Source: an uncultured Eubacteriales bacterium
GTDB lineage: Bacteria > Acidobacteriota > Aminicenantia > Aminicenantales > Aminicenantaceae
Assembly (NCBI GenBank): GCA_964580235.1
Contig: CAZOJY010000003.1
Coordinates: 934-64,933, forward strand
DNA length: 64,000 nt
Reading direction: 5' to 3'
Shown: piece by piece, positions 53,973 through 62,945 of the stretch
How the letters are laid out: each line of letters begins with the position of its first letter
How positions within the stretch are numbered: the stretch's first letter is position 1
The notes under the pieces: model-generated
Told to the model about the DNA's origin: nothing
What the model saw: the letters and a program-made list of their open reading frames with translations, nothing else
Database searches by the model: none
Translations under genes and position numbers: made by a program

Positions 53973-56594
53973 TTAATCCAATGATGTCCAGTCGAGTTCA
54001 TGGGTCTCCCGGCTGGCAATGATCTTCCGGAATACCTCTTCCGGCCATTTGAGAACTCCGTCCACCCTCAGAAGATCGTTGCGTATGTTGATTCCGAAAA
54101 GACGTTCATTTTCCTGCAAATAAGGAAGAATGGTGTTCCAATCTTCCCGGCGGAATGAAATGAACTCTGCTCCATTCAGTTGGTTTTTCGTTACAGTTTT
54201 GTAGGGATCGTTCAAGTAGCATGCTCCTCCAGAAGCCAGAGAAAACAGATTATTACCGGGATATTTCATTTCTAATCCGATAACATCGCCCCGCCTGCCG
54301 TAGGTCAGACCGTTTATGATCACAAACCCTCCCCCGGTTTGCTCACCGGCCATAAAACTTTCTGCACAGTAGTCGAGACATGTGCCGTTGATGATCGCCC
54401 GAATCCTGCCCACAGCATTAATCAAGGGGCGTCCTGCGGCAGAACCCATGACAAAGGCTTTTCCTCCCTTTGCGCCGTAAAGAAATGTCTGACCCACATT
54501 CCCGAAGATTACGATTTTGCCTGATTTAAGGATCTGACCGACCTGATCCTGTGCATCGCCATGGACATACAGCTGGGCCCCGTCCAGACCGCTGCCGAGA
54601 TAATCACCGCTCGAGCCGTAAACATCAATTCGAACATCATCGGTGTTTGAACCCAGGCCGCACCCGATGAAACGGTCGCCCCGGCAGCGGTAAACAATGA
54701 AGTTCCTCCAGCCCTTCGCGTGGCTATTGGCGATTAACCTTGAGGTGGATTCAGGCCCCTCATTGGGCAATTTCCCCGCGTCGATCACCAAAGTCTCAGA
54801 AGAATTTTCGGTTTCGGGAAGAGCATTCTCCCAGGCATTTTCTCCGTCAAGCCTTGTCATTTCCTCCCTGGTTTTTCCGCGACGTGCAGGAACTGAATCC
54901 AGGAAAGTCTGGATTGATGCTTCTATTGCCGCGATTGCGAAGGTCCTGTGTCCTTTTTCGGGATCCCATCGTCTGTCGCGGAGCAGGCTCAATTTTTTGA
55001 TGGCCTCTTTTATGCCTTCTTCTTTGGCTAATTTTTTTGCACCCTTTTTGAAATTATCGTAGTGGTTAGTTTGAAGTTCTTTTTTTAAATCCTCGAGTTT
55101 TCCATGGAAAGGATCCTGAGAAACGTGCAATATCCCACCGGGATTTCCCTTTTTTATGGCTGGCCCGTTTGATCCCTTCCCCTTATTATTTGTCGGGTGT
55201 TTGAACTGGATGGCTGGAGATTGTCTCCTTTTTTGGATTCCAGGAGATGATATTCCATGGATCCGATTGCCAAACTTATCACGAACATCAATGATTGTGC
55301 TGCCGTTTTCATCTTTCAATGTATAAACAAAGGCTCCACCGTCCGTACAGCTTCCTCCGCGTGCTGCCCAGTAACGGTCTGCCATAGGTGGCACGCTGGG
55401 ATCCCGAGAAGCGGCTTCTTCGAAAAAAGCATCCAGGGCCTGTTTTTCACTGGCAATTGCTCCGAAGCTTTTTTCTCCTTGACACAGGCAGAACACCTGT
55501 GGTCTAAGCATGGATACATCCGTGATTCCGATAAGCTGCGGCATTCCTGTTCCGGGTTCGGCCCGGGCAATGATGAAGAACCAGGGCCCGTCAGGGGAGC
55601 CGTGGAGATGGGCGGACTGAATCGCCCGGTATATCCTTTGCCGGCGCTTAGTCAGCCGTTCAAAATCGCCTTCGGGCGTTGGTGCAAGGGCTTCGATCAC
55701 AAACTCTAGGGGATACCCGAGCACCCTGGAGTACAAATCAAACAGAAGCACAGATACTTCTGTATCTGTAATGAACTGCGGGACAATTCCCCACTGACGC
55801 AGATACTCACAGACGGCATGATAGTTGGCGAAATCCCCGTTATGAACAAGAGCTTCGTGCAGGCCGGCGAAAGGGTGAGCGCCTCCAGGATGCCAAACTC
55901 GTCCTCTCGTTGGATAGCGCTGGTGACCGATCCAAAGATGCGCTTTTGTTTCTTCCAGGCGGTAATAACGCGCGATCTCCTCAGCGTACCCAACACCCTT
56001 CAGGATCATGAGATTCCGCCCGTGTGAGAGGACAAAAGCCTGAGGATCTTGCTGGTTCTCATAAAATTCAGCGTTCAAGCGGAAACTGTTCTGAAAAACA
56101 AATTCATCCTCTGCAGCACTCATGTCTGCGATCGTGTTTTGGTGGGCAAACTGCTCCAGTTTTTCCGGTTTGACCCGCACAAAATATCGCCAGACCAGGG
56201 GTGGTTTAACCGCAAGTCCGGTTTCACGGTAATCATCGATAGTCACCTGTTTTTCGGCGTGAGAGATTTGAAATACAGATTCCACATATTTTTTTTCGAC
56301 GGGGCCTCTTGCTTTTTTGTCCAGAAAAGAAATGTGCAGGGCGTAAAAATCCTTGTACTCGTCGAACAATCCCACGGCCGCCACTCCGCCCCCTTTTCCG
56401 TTTCCCCGGTTCCGCATTTGTTCGCACGGCCGGATGATGCAGCTGCCTCTCAGCTTTTCGCTGCCAATCAGGCCGATGACTCCGCACCCCCCTTCCAGAG
56501 AACGCTTTTTTGTGAATGCTCTGCCTTTAACCTGGTTTAAACGCAAGCGTTTGATTGCCTCTGCGATTTTTTCAGCATCGTTTTTTGTTATCAT
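53973..56594 (-). CDS. Class-II glutamine amidotransferase domain fused to a GXGXG (GltB C-terminal-like) domain
   Basis: 873 aa. Ntn-type GATase core (GGCGVIGL..., HQRYPTRGRVWHPGGAHPF, NGDFANY) preceded by a ~36-aa N-terminal extension. The C-terminal beta-helix region has repeated G-x-G motifs (CRGDRFIGCGLGS...VYGSSGDYLGSGLDGAQLYVHGDAQDQVG...IFGNVGQTFLYGAKGGKAFVMGSAAGRP). Confidence 0.8.
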   Translation of the reverse strand: MITKNDAEKIAEAIKRLRLNQVKGRAFTKKRSLEGGCGVIGLIGSEKLRGSCIIRPCEQMRNRGNGKGGGVAAVGLFDEYKDFYALHISFLDKKARGPVEKKYVESVFQISHAEKQVTIDDYRETGLAVKPPLVWRYFVRVKPEKLEQFAHQNTIADMSAAEDEFVFQNSFRLNAEFYENQQDPQAFVLSHGRNLMILKGVGYAEEIARYYRLEETKAHLWIGHQRYPTRGRVWHPGGAHPFAGLHEALVHNGDFANYHAVCEYLRQWGIVPQFITDTEVSVLLFDLYSRVLGYPLEFVIEALAPTPEGDFERLTKRRQRIYRAIQSAHLHGSPDGPWFFIIARAEPGTGMPQLIGITDVSMLRPQVFCLCQGEKSFGAIASEKQALDAFFEEAASRDPSVPPMADRYWAARGGSCTDGGAFVYTLKDENGSTIIDVRDKFGNRIHGISSPGIQKRRQSPAIQFKHPTNNKGKGSNGPAIKKGNPGGILHVSQDPFHGKLEDLKKELQTNHYDNFKKGAKKLAKEEGIKEAIKKLSLLRDRRWDPEKGHRTFAIAAIEASIQTFLDSVPARRGKTREEMTRLDGENAWENALPETENSSETLVIDAGKLPNEGPESTSRLIANSHAKGWRNFIVYRCRGDRFIGCGLGSNTDDVRIDVYGSSGDYLGSGLDGAQLYVHGDAQDQVGQILKSGKIVIFGNVGQTFLYGAKGGKAFVMGSAAGRPLINAVGRIRAIINGTCLDYCAESFMAGEQTGGGFVIINGLTYGRRGDVIGLEMKYPGNNLFSLASGGACYLNDPYKTVTKNQLNGAEFISFRREDWNTILPYLQENERLFGINIRNDLLRVDGVLKWPEEVFRKIIASRETHELDWTSLD

Positions 56595-56605
56595 CTCTGG
56601 TTTCC

Positions 56606-59506
56606 TTATCCGGCCTTGAAATTCAAAAGGTCCCAGCGCCCCCGAAGCAGCCGTATGCTGTTCATCCCCAATTTGCGGAGGCGTTTCTCCATGTTGCAGG
56701 CAAAGCTCTTATAAAGGTTGCAAATTCGGCCGCACACCCAATCGGCGGTCATTTGTGGTGAAAGCTCTGGATCAGTGGTGGCAATTCCGATCGGACAGCC
56801 CCGGTCACGCTCACAGTTTCCGCAACGGACGCAGTCAACAGCTACCAATTCTGCTGTGCCGAGGACAACGCCATCTGCCCCCAGTGCGATTGCCTTGAGA
56901 ATATCTTCACTGGTGCGGATGCCACCGCTCGCGATAAGGACAACCTCATCCCGGATTCCTTCTTTGACAAGAAATTCGTGCGTTTGGGCTGTGGCATATT
57001 CAATCGGCATGGCAATATTTTTTTTTGCAATGTCGGGGGCAGCGCCCGTTCCTCCGTATGCTCCATCAAGATGGATGATGTTTGCTCCGGCATAATAACT
57101 TCCGACAGCTACCATGTCCACATCCGCAGGAGTGGAAACCTTAACCGAAACAAGCACATCAGGATGTATTGAACGAATCCAATCCACATGCTTTTTGTGA
57201 TCTTCTACTGAGTAAACACTGTGAAACGGAAACGGCGAAAACAGGTTCGTACCGGGGACAGCCTCCCGCATCGATGCCACTGCTTGAGTGTTCTTTTCCC
57301 CAAGTAGATGACCTCCTAGACCTGGTTTGGCTCCTTGGGCATACTTGAATTCGATCATGCGGGCCCGCCGGATTGTCTCTTCCCGCACGCCGAATAATCC
57401 GGTCGCTACCTGGGTGATGATATGATCCGAGAAGGGAATAAGTTCGTCTGGATAGCCGCCTTCACCCGTGCTGGTAAATGTCCCGATTTTTTTTGCCGCC
57501 AAAGCGCGGCCTAACATGACATTTAAAGAAATCGAACCGTAAGACATCCCGCCTCCATATATTGGAACGGAGATACGAACCTTTGGCCCTGTGTGCCGCC
57601 TGTTGAGCGGAATGGAGAGATCGACCGGCCCCTTCACGGGAGTTGCTCTGGGAATGGAGGCGGCCAGGCGTATCCTGTCGAATCCTCCTCCCGATGCACC
57701 GACCTGTTCTTCAGGCTTGAGCCGGGATGGCAACCCGAATTTCGCCAATCGGTATGTTTCACGCAAAAGAGAAGGCGTCCAGCGTTGATCCCCGAGCACT
57801 GTATCGACCGGATCTTTAACAATTTCCAGAGCTTCCCAGGGACAGACCTTGACACAACACCATTCCTTTTCAATGCATGAGAGGCCGATGCATCGGCTGT
57901 GAACCGGTTCACCAAGACTCAGCTTGCCGTCAATTCTGCGGTGCACGTTGTATTTGCAGCTCACCGAACATAAATTGCAGCCTGTGCAGCGACTGCGGTC
58001 AATCACCACACGCCATTCCCCGTGTTTTATGCTGAACCTGTCTGCTACAATTTTGGGTTTTATTTGTGCAAGAGGCTTTGGCGATTTTTCCTTGTTATTT
58101 TCAATTGCGGCTTTGGTAACAATATCAGGCATATGCTTGAGGCGTTTGCGGAAATTCCTATTTTCCTGGTCGGCAAAAATCGCACGCCCTGTTTCTCCGC
58201 GCAGCCTCCGCACATCCCGAAGACCCATGGCCCCAAGAACCTCCAATAGCTGATCTCTCCATGATAGCATCAGGTTGATAACACGTGATGCTCCCCATCG
58301 AGGATCAAGTTCTTCGATTCCTTTCGGATTCAGGATGTGGTTTCCGTTTTCACCCGGTACCCATTTTACGACATCCATGGCAATCAACAACGGGACATCT
58401 ACCACAACGGCATCAGCCCCCATGATAATTGTTTTAGGTATGTGTTCAGCAGCAACTATCCCTCCAGAAGCCGCCAGTGTGATTCTGTCCCGCAAACCTA
58501 GTTCTACCAGCTTTAAATGGGTGGTGCGAAGAGTTTCCAATAGGGTGGCTCCATCACTGCCCCGCCCATGTGTGTCAGCGCTCAAGTGCAATGTCTCTGC
58601 CCCGTTTTGTGCGAGTTCACAAATTTTTTGCCCCACCCTTTCGGAAACGGGAATATTGATAATGGTGAGCACGTTGGGGTTGATCTCTCTTACCCTGGAA
58701 ATCCCGGCTATCGCATCTGTATCTGGATCAAACTCAACAATCGAAGCCCATTCAATAATGTCCTTGTACCGGTCAATTTCATCCGGTTTTAGCCGGATCA
58801 ACAGATGGCTGTAATATTCTTTGAGCTCCTGGGTGGTGTTTTTTGCAGGCAGGGTTAAATAGGTGTTCAGTTTACTTGCGGCCAAGGCAAGAGAAGAAAG
58901 GGCTGTGCGCCCCGGGAAAAAAGGCATCAATCCAAAAATAAGCGGAATCGGAATTTCTCGGTTGAGCGGGATGTGTGATTTCAAGTTACCGTCTTTATCG
59001 AAAGCCATCCCGCACAGGTCACTTGCCATCTGTCCCAGTGCAACAGTCGTTGATATGTGTTCTCTGCCATGGATTCCATCCCGGGTGGGCCGCACGATTT
59101 CAGACATATCGGTCCAGATGTTGTCGTAATAATCCCCATCAAAAGGTCCCTTGTAGCCTGTTCCACTGACCGGGATCTTGCCTTGTTCGGCTTGTTCTAA
59201 AATGGACCGGATACACTCCGGTGTGTATGTCCTATCGCCCAGTTCGAGGAATTCCTCGCTTTTGTGCATGCTCAGTGCTTCTCTCGGGCAGCGTTTGATA
59301 CAGGCAAAACAGTTGCGGCATCCGTTTTCTTTCGGGTCTGCCATTATCCGAGGATCATCTTCTGACCGGTTATGACAATCGTATATGCAGGCCTCGATGC
59401 AGGTACCGCAGTTGATGCAGCGATCACTCCGGAGGATCTTGAAAGGTGTGATGATGGGATAACGCGAAGGAGCCGGCCGGGGGGAAAGGCGTTTGAAATA
59501 GGTCAT
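56606..59506 (-). CDS. Glutamate-synthase-related FMN (GltB2-like) protein with a duplicated TIM-barrel-like region and three ferredoxin-type Cys modules
   Basis: ORF runs to 59608. ATG 59506 follows GGAGG and overlaps the upstream stop (ATGA). N-terminal CINCGTCIEAC/CRNCFACIKRCP. First barrel-like region (SGGIVAAEHIPKTIIMGADAVVV). Internal CTGCNLCSVSC...CVKVCP. Canonical GltS FMN domain (FKYAQGAKPGLGGHLLGEK, DGAYGGTGAAP, IASGGIRTSEDILKAIALGADGV). C-terminal CVRCGNCERDRGCP. Confidence 0.82.
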   Translation of the reverse strand: MTYFKRLSPRPAPSRYPIITPFKILRSDRCINCGTCIEACIYDCHNRSEDDPRIMADPKENGCRNCFACIKRCPREALSMHKSEEFLELGDRTYTPECIRSILEQAEQGKIPVSGTGYKGPFDGDYYDNIWTDMSEIVRPTRDGIHGREHISTTVALGQMASDLCGMAFDKDGNLKSHIPLNREIPIPLIFGLMPFFPGRTALSSLALAASKLNTYLTLPAKNTTQELKEYYSHLLIRLKPDEIDRYKDIIEWASIVEFDPDTDAIAGISRVREINPNVLTIINIPVSERVGQKICELAQNGAETLHLSADTHGRGSDGATLLETLRTTHLKLVELGLRDRITLAASGGIVAAEHIPKTIIMGADAVVVDVPLLIAMDVVKWVPGENGNHILNPKGIEELDPRWGASRVINLMLSWRDQLLEVLGAMGLRDVRRLRGETGRAIFADQENRNFRKRLKHMPDIVTKAAIENNKEKSPKPLAQIKPKIVADRFSIKHGEWRVVIDRSRCTGCNLCSVSCKYNVHRRIDGKLSLGEPVHSRCIGLSCIEKEWCCVKVCPWEALEIVKDPVDTVLGDQRWTPSLLRETYRLAKFGLPSRLKPEEQVGASGGGFDRIRLAASIPRATPVKGPVDLSIPLNRRHTGPKVRISVPIYGGGMSYGSISLNVMLGRALAAKKIGTFTSTGEGGYPDELIPFSDHIITQVATGLFGVREETIRRARMIEFKYAQGAKPGLGGHLLGEKNTQAVASMREAVPGTNLFSPFPFHSVYSVEDHKKHVDWIRSIHPDVLVSVKVSTPADVDMVAVGSYYAGANIIHLDGAYGGTGAAPDIAKKNIAMPIEYATAQTHEFLVKEGIRDEVVLIASGGIRTSEDILKAIALGADGVVLGTAELVAVDCVRCGNCERDRGCPIGIATTDPELSPQMTADWVCGRICNLYKSFACNMEKRLRKLGMNSIRLLRGRWDLLNFKAG

Positions 59507-61722
59507 TTTTCTCCTCCTTCCACTGCCCGTTCTGCTATCGGCATTCTGTGCAATTCTTGATCGGGAAACCATTCCGGAAGATCCAGTCCAAAAATATCTT
59601 TTATGCACTCAAGGTTGCTGTCCACTTTTTCAACGAACTTTTGTACCGTTTCAGCAGGAGATCCGAAACGGCTTTCGATCCAGTCCTCAAGGACGAGATA
59701 ACAATCGCGCAGAGGAAGATGGGTTTGACAGACTTCCTCACACAATCCGCAGTGCAAACACTGAAAAGAGGAAAAGGCTTCATCCTTCTCCAGCTCTTCC
59801 CCGTTCATCATGGCCTGTGCCATCCGCAGCTTGGCCCTGCCTGTAGTCAATTCGTCTCCGGTGATGTGGTAGGCCGGGCAGACGGAAACGCATGAGCCGC
59901 AGGACGTGCAGCGTTGGGCAGATTGATGCAGGAGGCTTCTGCCCTGCTCGTCTTCCTTTAAGGGGATTTCCCAGCGGCTGTACTCCTTCGGCCCCAACAG
60001 TCTGGCAAAAAGTCCCAAAGCCGGCGCAAAAAAATGCGACAGGGCCAAAATCATACGGAAGGAAAGAGGGCGCATGAAAAGCGCCGTAAGGCTGAAAAAC
60101 CGGCTCTTGATCTTGAAAAATTTGTTGGGATTCAGTATTTCGTCCGGATCTAACGTGTTTTTTTTCTCTTTTAGCCTGTTCAACCGGTCTTCATCATACC
60201 GGCTCCCTACAAACGGTGCGTTCCATATGCCTGTTCCGTATGGATGCCCCCCGCATCTCACAGCCATCCTGACCAAAAGCTGGACTAAGAGAAGGGTCAA
60301 AATATAATGCAGTGATCGGGCATAGTCACAACTGAACGAGAGGATGACCAGATGGGAGTAATCTTGTCCACTGCGGCAGACGATCACTTCAACCGCAGGC
60401 TTTATTTTGAAATGCCGTGAAAGTTTCCGGGCTTTCCGGATGTACTTCGGGATCTTTGCTAACGGGATCACGACCTCTGTCCCCAGAAGGCCCGGGCTCA
60501 TGCGCTGAGCCTTGAGCGGAAAAAAGCGGTCTGACCAGAGATATCGGGCAGATACACCATTTTCTGAGATCTGATCCTTTTGCCCGTTCAGCGATGAAAT
60601 AAAATGATGCTCGCTTTCAGGGGTTTCGAAATGAAGAAGGACTGATTCCTGCTCTGGTACGATGGGATCTGTCAGGCCCGTTTGTTCGGCAAAAAGGATG
60701 TTTTCCTTTCTCATGTATTCCCGGTCAAAAAACACAACATGCGAGGGATGATCATGATGGGCAGCGAGTTGTTCGATAAATAAAAGCGCGTCGTCTGGAG
60801 TGTTGAACGCGAGGAGGCAGACTCCGCTGTAGGCCGGCTTCGGGCGTACGCGCAATGTGATTTCTGTCAGGATGCCCAATTGTCCTTCGGTCCCAAAAAA
60901 GTCTTTTATGGAATCGTTCGATGAATCCAGTCCCTCAATTGTGCCGTCCGGTTGGATAACCCGGACTCCCAGCACGGACTCGTAAACACTGCCGTAAGCA
61001 TAGCTGTCCAATCCCATCCCTCCGGTGGCAATCCATCCGCCCACCGTGGAAAACCGGCTGGTCGGGCTTGTCACGGGTGCCAAACCATAAGGTTCGAGTT
61101 TTACCGCAATATCCGCCCAGCGTGCTCCTGGCTGCACACGGACCGCCTGTTCTTCAGGATCGATCTCAAGAATTGCCTTCATCGGAGAAAAATCAACAAC
61201 GATCCCGTTCCGCGTTGGGACCGAGCCTCCAAAAGCAAAAGAACCGGCTCCTCTGGGAAACAGTGCGAGGCCCTTAGATTTGCAGAAGGCGAGAATTTTG
61301 ACAATGTCTTGCTCATTCTGAGGCTGCACCGCCAGAAATGGTGTCGTGCGGTGGAACATTTTTTCCATAAAAGATGGGACATGAGCCAGATCTCTGCTGT
61401 AATTTCTTCTTTCAAAATAGCGTGTGGCGATCCGGCAGGATTCGCTCAGATGGGTTTTGAGATCCTGGGCCAGGGCATCGATTCGATGCTTTCTCACGGG
61501 AGTGTCCCGGTCTGTCAGGTACCGCCAGATTAACTGAAACCTGTGAAGAGGAGATTTGAAAAGGATGAAAACGAGAAGCCTCCAAGTTTCACGGAAATGC
61601 AGAGAAGGGTTTTCCTGAGCCAGCAAATCTGTAACCGCAGCCGGGGGATCTACCCCATATATTCTTTTTTTTCTGTCCGCTTTTTTGCGCGCCCGAATAA
61701 TCAGATATTCATTCAAACTCAT
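59503..61722 (-). CDS. FAD-binding (PCMH/GlcD-type) dehydrogenase fused to a hydrophobic segment and a 2x[4Fe-4S] ferredoxin module
   Basis: 739 aa. FAD_binding_4-like region (PRGAGSFAFGGSV, RVQPGARW). FAD-oxidase C-terminal-like region. Hydrophobic stretch (FFSLTALFMRPLSFRMILALSHFFAPALGLFARLL). CTSCGSCVSVCPAY and CLHCGLCEEVC motifs. Confidence 0.75.
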   Translation of the reverse strand: MSLNEYLIIRARKKADRKKRIYGVDPPAAVTDLLAQENPSLHFRETWRLLVFILFKSPLHRFQLIWRYLTDRDTPVRKHRIDALAQDLKTHLSESCRIATRYFERRNYSRDLAHVPSFMEKMFHRTTPFLAVQPQNEQDIVKILAFCKSKGLALFPRGAGSFAFGGSVPTRNGIVVDFSPMKAILEIDPEEQAVRVQPGARWADIAVKLEPYGLAPVTSPTSRFSTVGGWIATGGMGLDSYAYGSVYESVLGVRVIQPDGTIEGLDSSNDSIKDFFGTEGQLGILTEITLRVRPKPAYSGVCLLAFNTPDDALLFIEQLAAHHDHPSHVVFFDREYMRKENILFAEQTGLTDPIVPEQESVLLHFETPESEHHFISSLNGQKDQISENGVSARYLWSDRFFPLKAQRMSPGLLGTEVVIPLAKIPKYIRKARKLSRHFKIKPAVEVIVCRSGQDYSHLVILSFSCDYARSLHYILTLLLVQLLVRMAVRCGGHPYGTGIWNAPFVGSRYDEDRLNRLKEKKNTLDPDEILNPNKFFKIKSRFFSLTALFMRPLSFRMILALSHFFAPALGLFARLLGPKEYSRWEIPLKEDEQGRSLLHQSAQRCTSCGSCVSVCPAYHITGDELTTGRAKLRMAQAMMNGEELEKDEAFSSFQCLHCGLCEEVCQTHLPLRDCYLVLEDWIESRFGSPAETVQKFVEKVDSNLECIKDIFGLDLPEWFPDQELHRMPIAERAVEGGEK

Positions 61723-61947
61723 CGCTGTCTTTCTCCTGGACGTTTAAAACAGCCCAAAATAACTTAATTGTCCATAAATATACAATTTAAAGTTTCAATT
61801 GTCAATATATATTTGATTAATTAATTAATTATGAATTATTATCAGGGATAATAAAAAACACATGTAATTTTTCCAGATATTTTCACTTTATTATCATAAT
61901 TGATACAATTGTGTGCCGAACGAATTGTTTCTGCAGGAGTCGATTAA

Positions 61948-62889
61948 ATGACAGAGCAAAAAAAACTGTTTGAAAAAGTCCTGACCGTCCTGGTGTGTTT
62001 CTTATCCCTTATTCTGTTGAATGCGGCCGGCCAGGAGAAAAAAAGGCCCGAGGTTCCTTATGTGCCAACTCCGGAAAAGGTTGTTGCTGAAATGCTTAAA
62101 ATGGCAGGTGTAGGGGAGGATGACTTACTGTATGACCTGGGATGTGGGGATGGGCGAATCGTGATCACTGCCGCCAAAGAGCTGGGCTGCCGGGGCGTAG
62201 GAATCGATATCGATCCCCAGCGTGTTGAGGAAAGTCAAAAAAACGCCGTCCTTGCAGGGGTATCAGACAAGGTCAAGTTTTATGAAATGGATCTATTCGA
62301 GGCGGATATCAGCAAGGCCACCGTGGTCACACTTTATCTGCTTTCGAAGGTCAACCTCAGACTTCGGCCAAAGCTTCTCCAGGAGCTGAGGCCGGGTACG
62401 AGAATAGTCTCCCATGACTTCAGTATGGGCGAATGGAAGCCAGAGAACAGTTCCATCATTCAGGAAAAATTCGCTTATATTCCTTTCCACGACACCCGGT
62501 TGATCGATAATTATTGGGATAAACACACTGTTTATTTTTGGGTCATTCCCGCGAATGTGACAGGCGAATGGAGATGGACCATGCCCGCAATTGCTGGAAA
62601 CAAAGTTTTTAAGCTGGAAATTGTTCAAGAATTTCAAGAGCTTACAGGAAAAGCGTATGAGGGATCTTCTCCGATTTCTTTTTTCCCTGAAAAGGGAAAA
62701 ATTATAGGAGATATCCTGGAATTTGATATGGAGAGAAAGGTCAAAGGACAAACGGAACAAATGCATTTTGAAGGGGTGGTCAAAGGCCACACCATCGAAG
62801 GCAGGGTGAAAATTGTGAGCAGACCAGGAGTTGAAGAAAAATGGCAAGCCAAACGAGATCCCTCGACACGCAGGTCTATCGCCAAATAA
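61948..62889 (+). CDS. Class I SAM-dependent methyltransferase with an N-terminal signal/anchor and a beta-rich C-terminal extension
   Basis: 313 aa. Hydrophobic N-terminus (VLTVLVCFLSLILLNAAG). SAM motif I LLYDLGCGDGRIVITAAK and GVGIDIDPQRV. About 130 extra C-terminal residues of unknown fold. Confidence 0.72.
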   Translation: MTEQKKLFEKVLTVLVCFLSLILLNAAGQEKKRPEVPYVPTPEKVVAEMLKMAGVGEDDLLYDLGCGDGRIVITAAKELGCRGVGIDIDPQRVEESQKNAVLAGVSDKVKFYEMDLFEADISKATVVTLYLLSKVNLRLRPKLLQELRPGTRIVSHDFSMGEWKPENSSIIQEKFAYIPFHDTRLIDNYWDKHTVYFWVIPANVTGEWRWTMPAIAGNKVFKLEIVQEFQELTGKAYEGSSPISFFPEKGKIIGDILEFDMERKVKGQTEQMHFEGVVKGHTIEGRVKIVSRPGVEEKWQAKRDPSTRRSIAK

Positions 62890-62945
62890 CACTTGAATCC
62901 ATATAAAATAGGGGGATTCAAGAGAGGGCCGAAAAGGAGAGTACA

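Noticed and set aside
61817-61830. (TTAA)n-like microsatellite and three CAATTG-containing sites (about 61766, 61797 and 61905) in the divergent intergenic region upstream of the GltS-like operon.
   Set aside because: The region is extremely AT-rich, so such short palindromes are expected by chance. There is no extended dyad symmetry or conserved spacing that I could defend as an operator.
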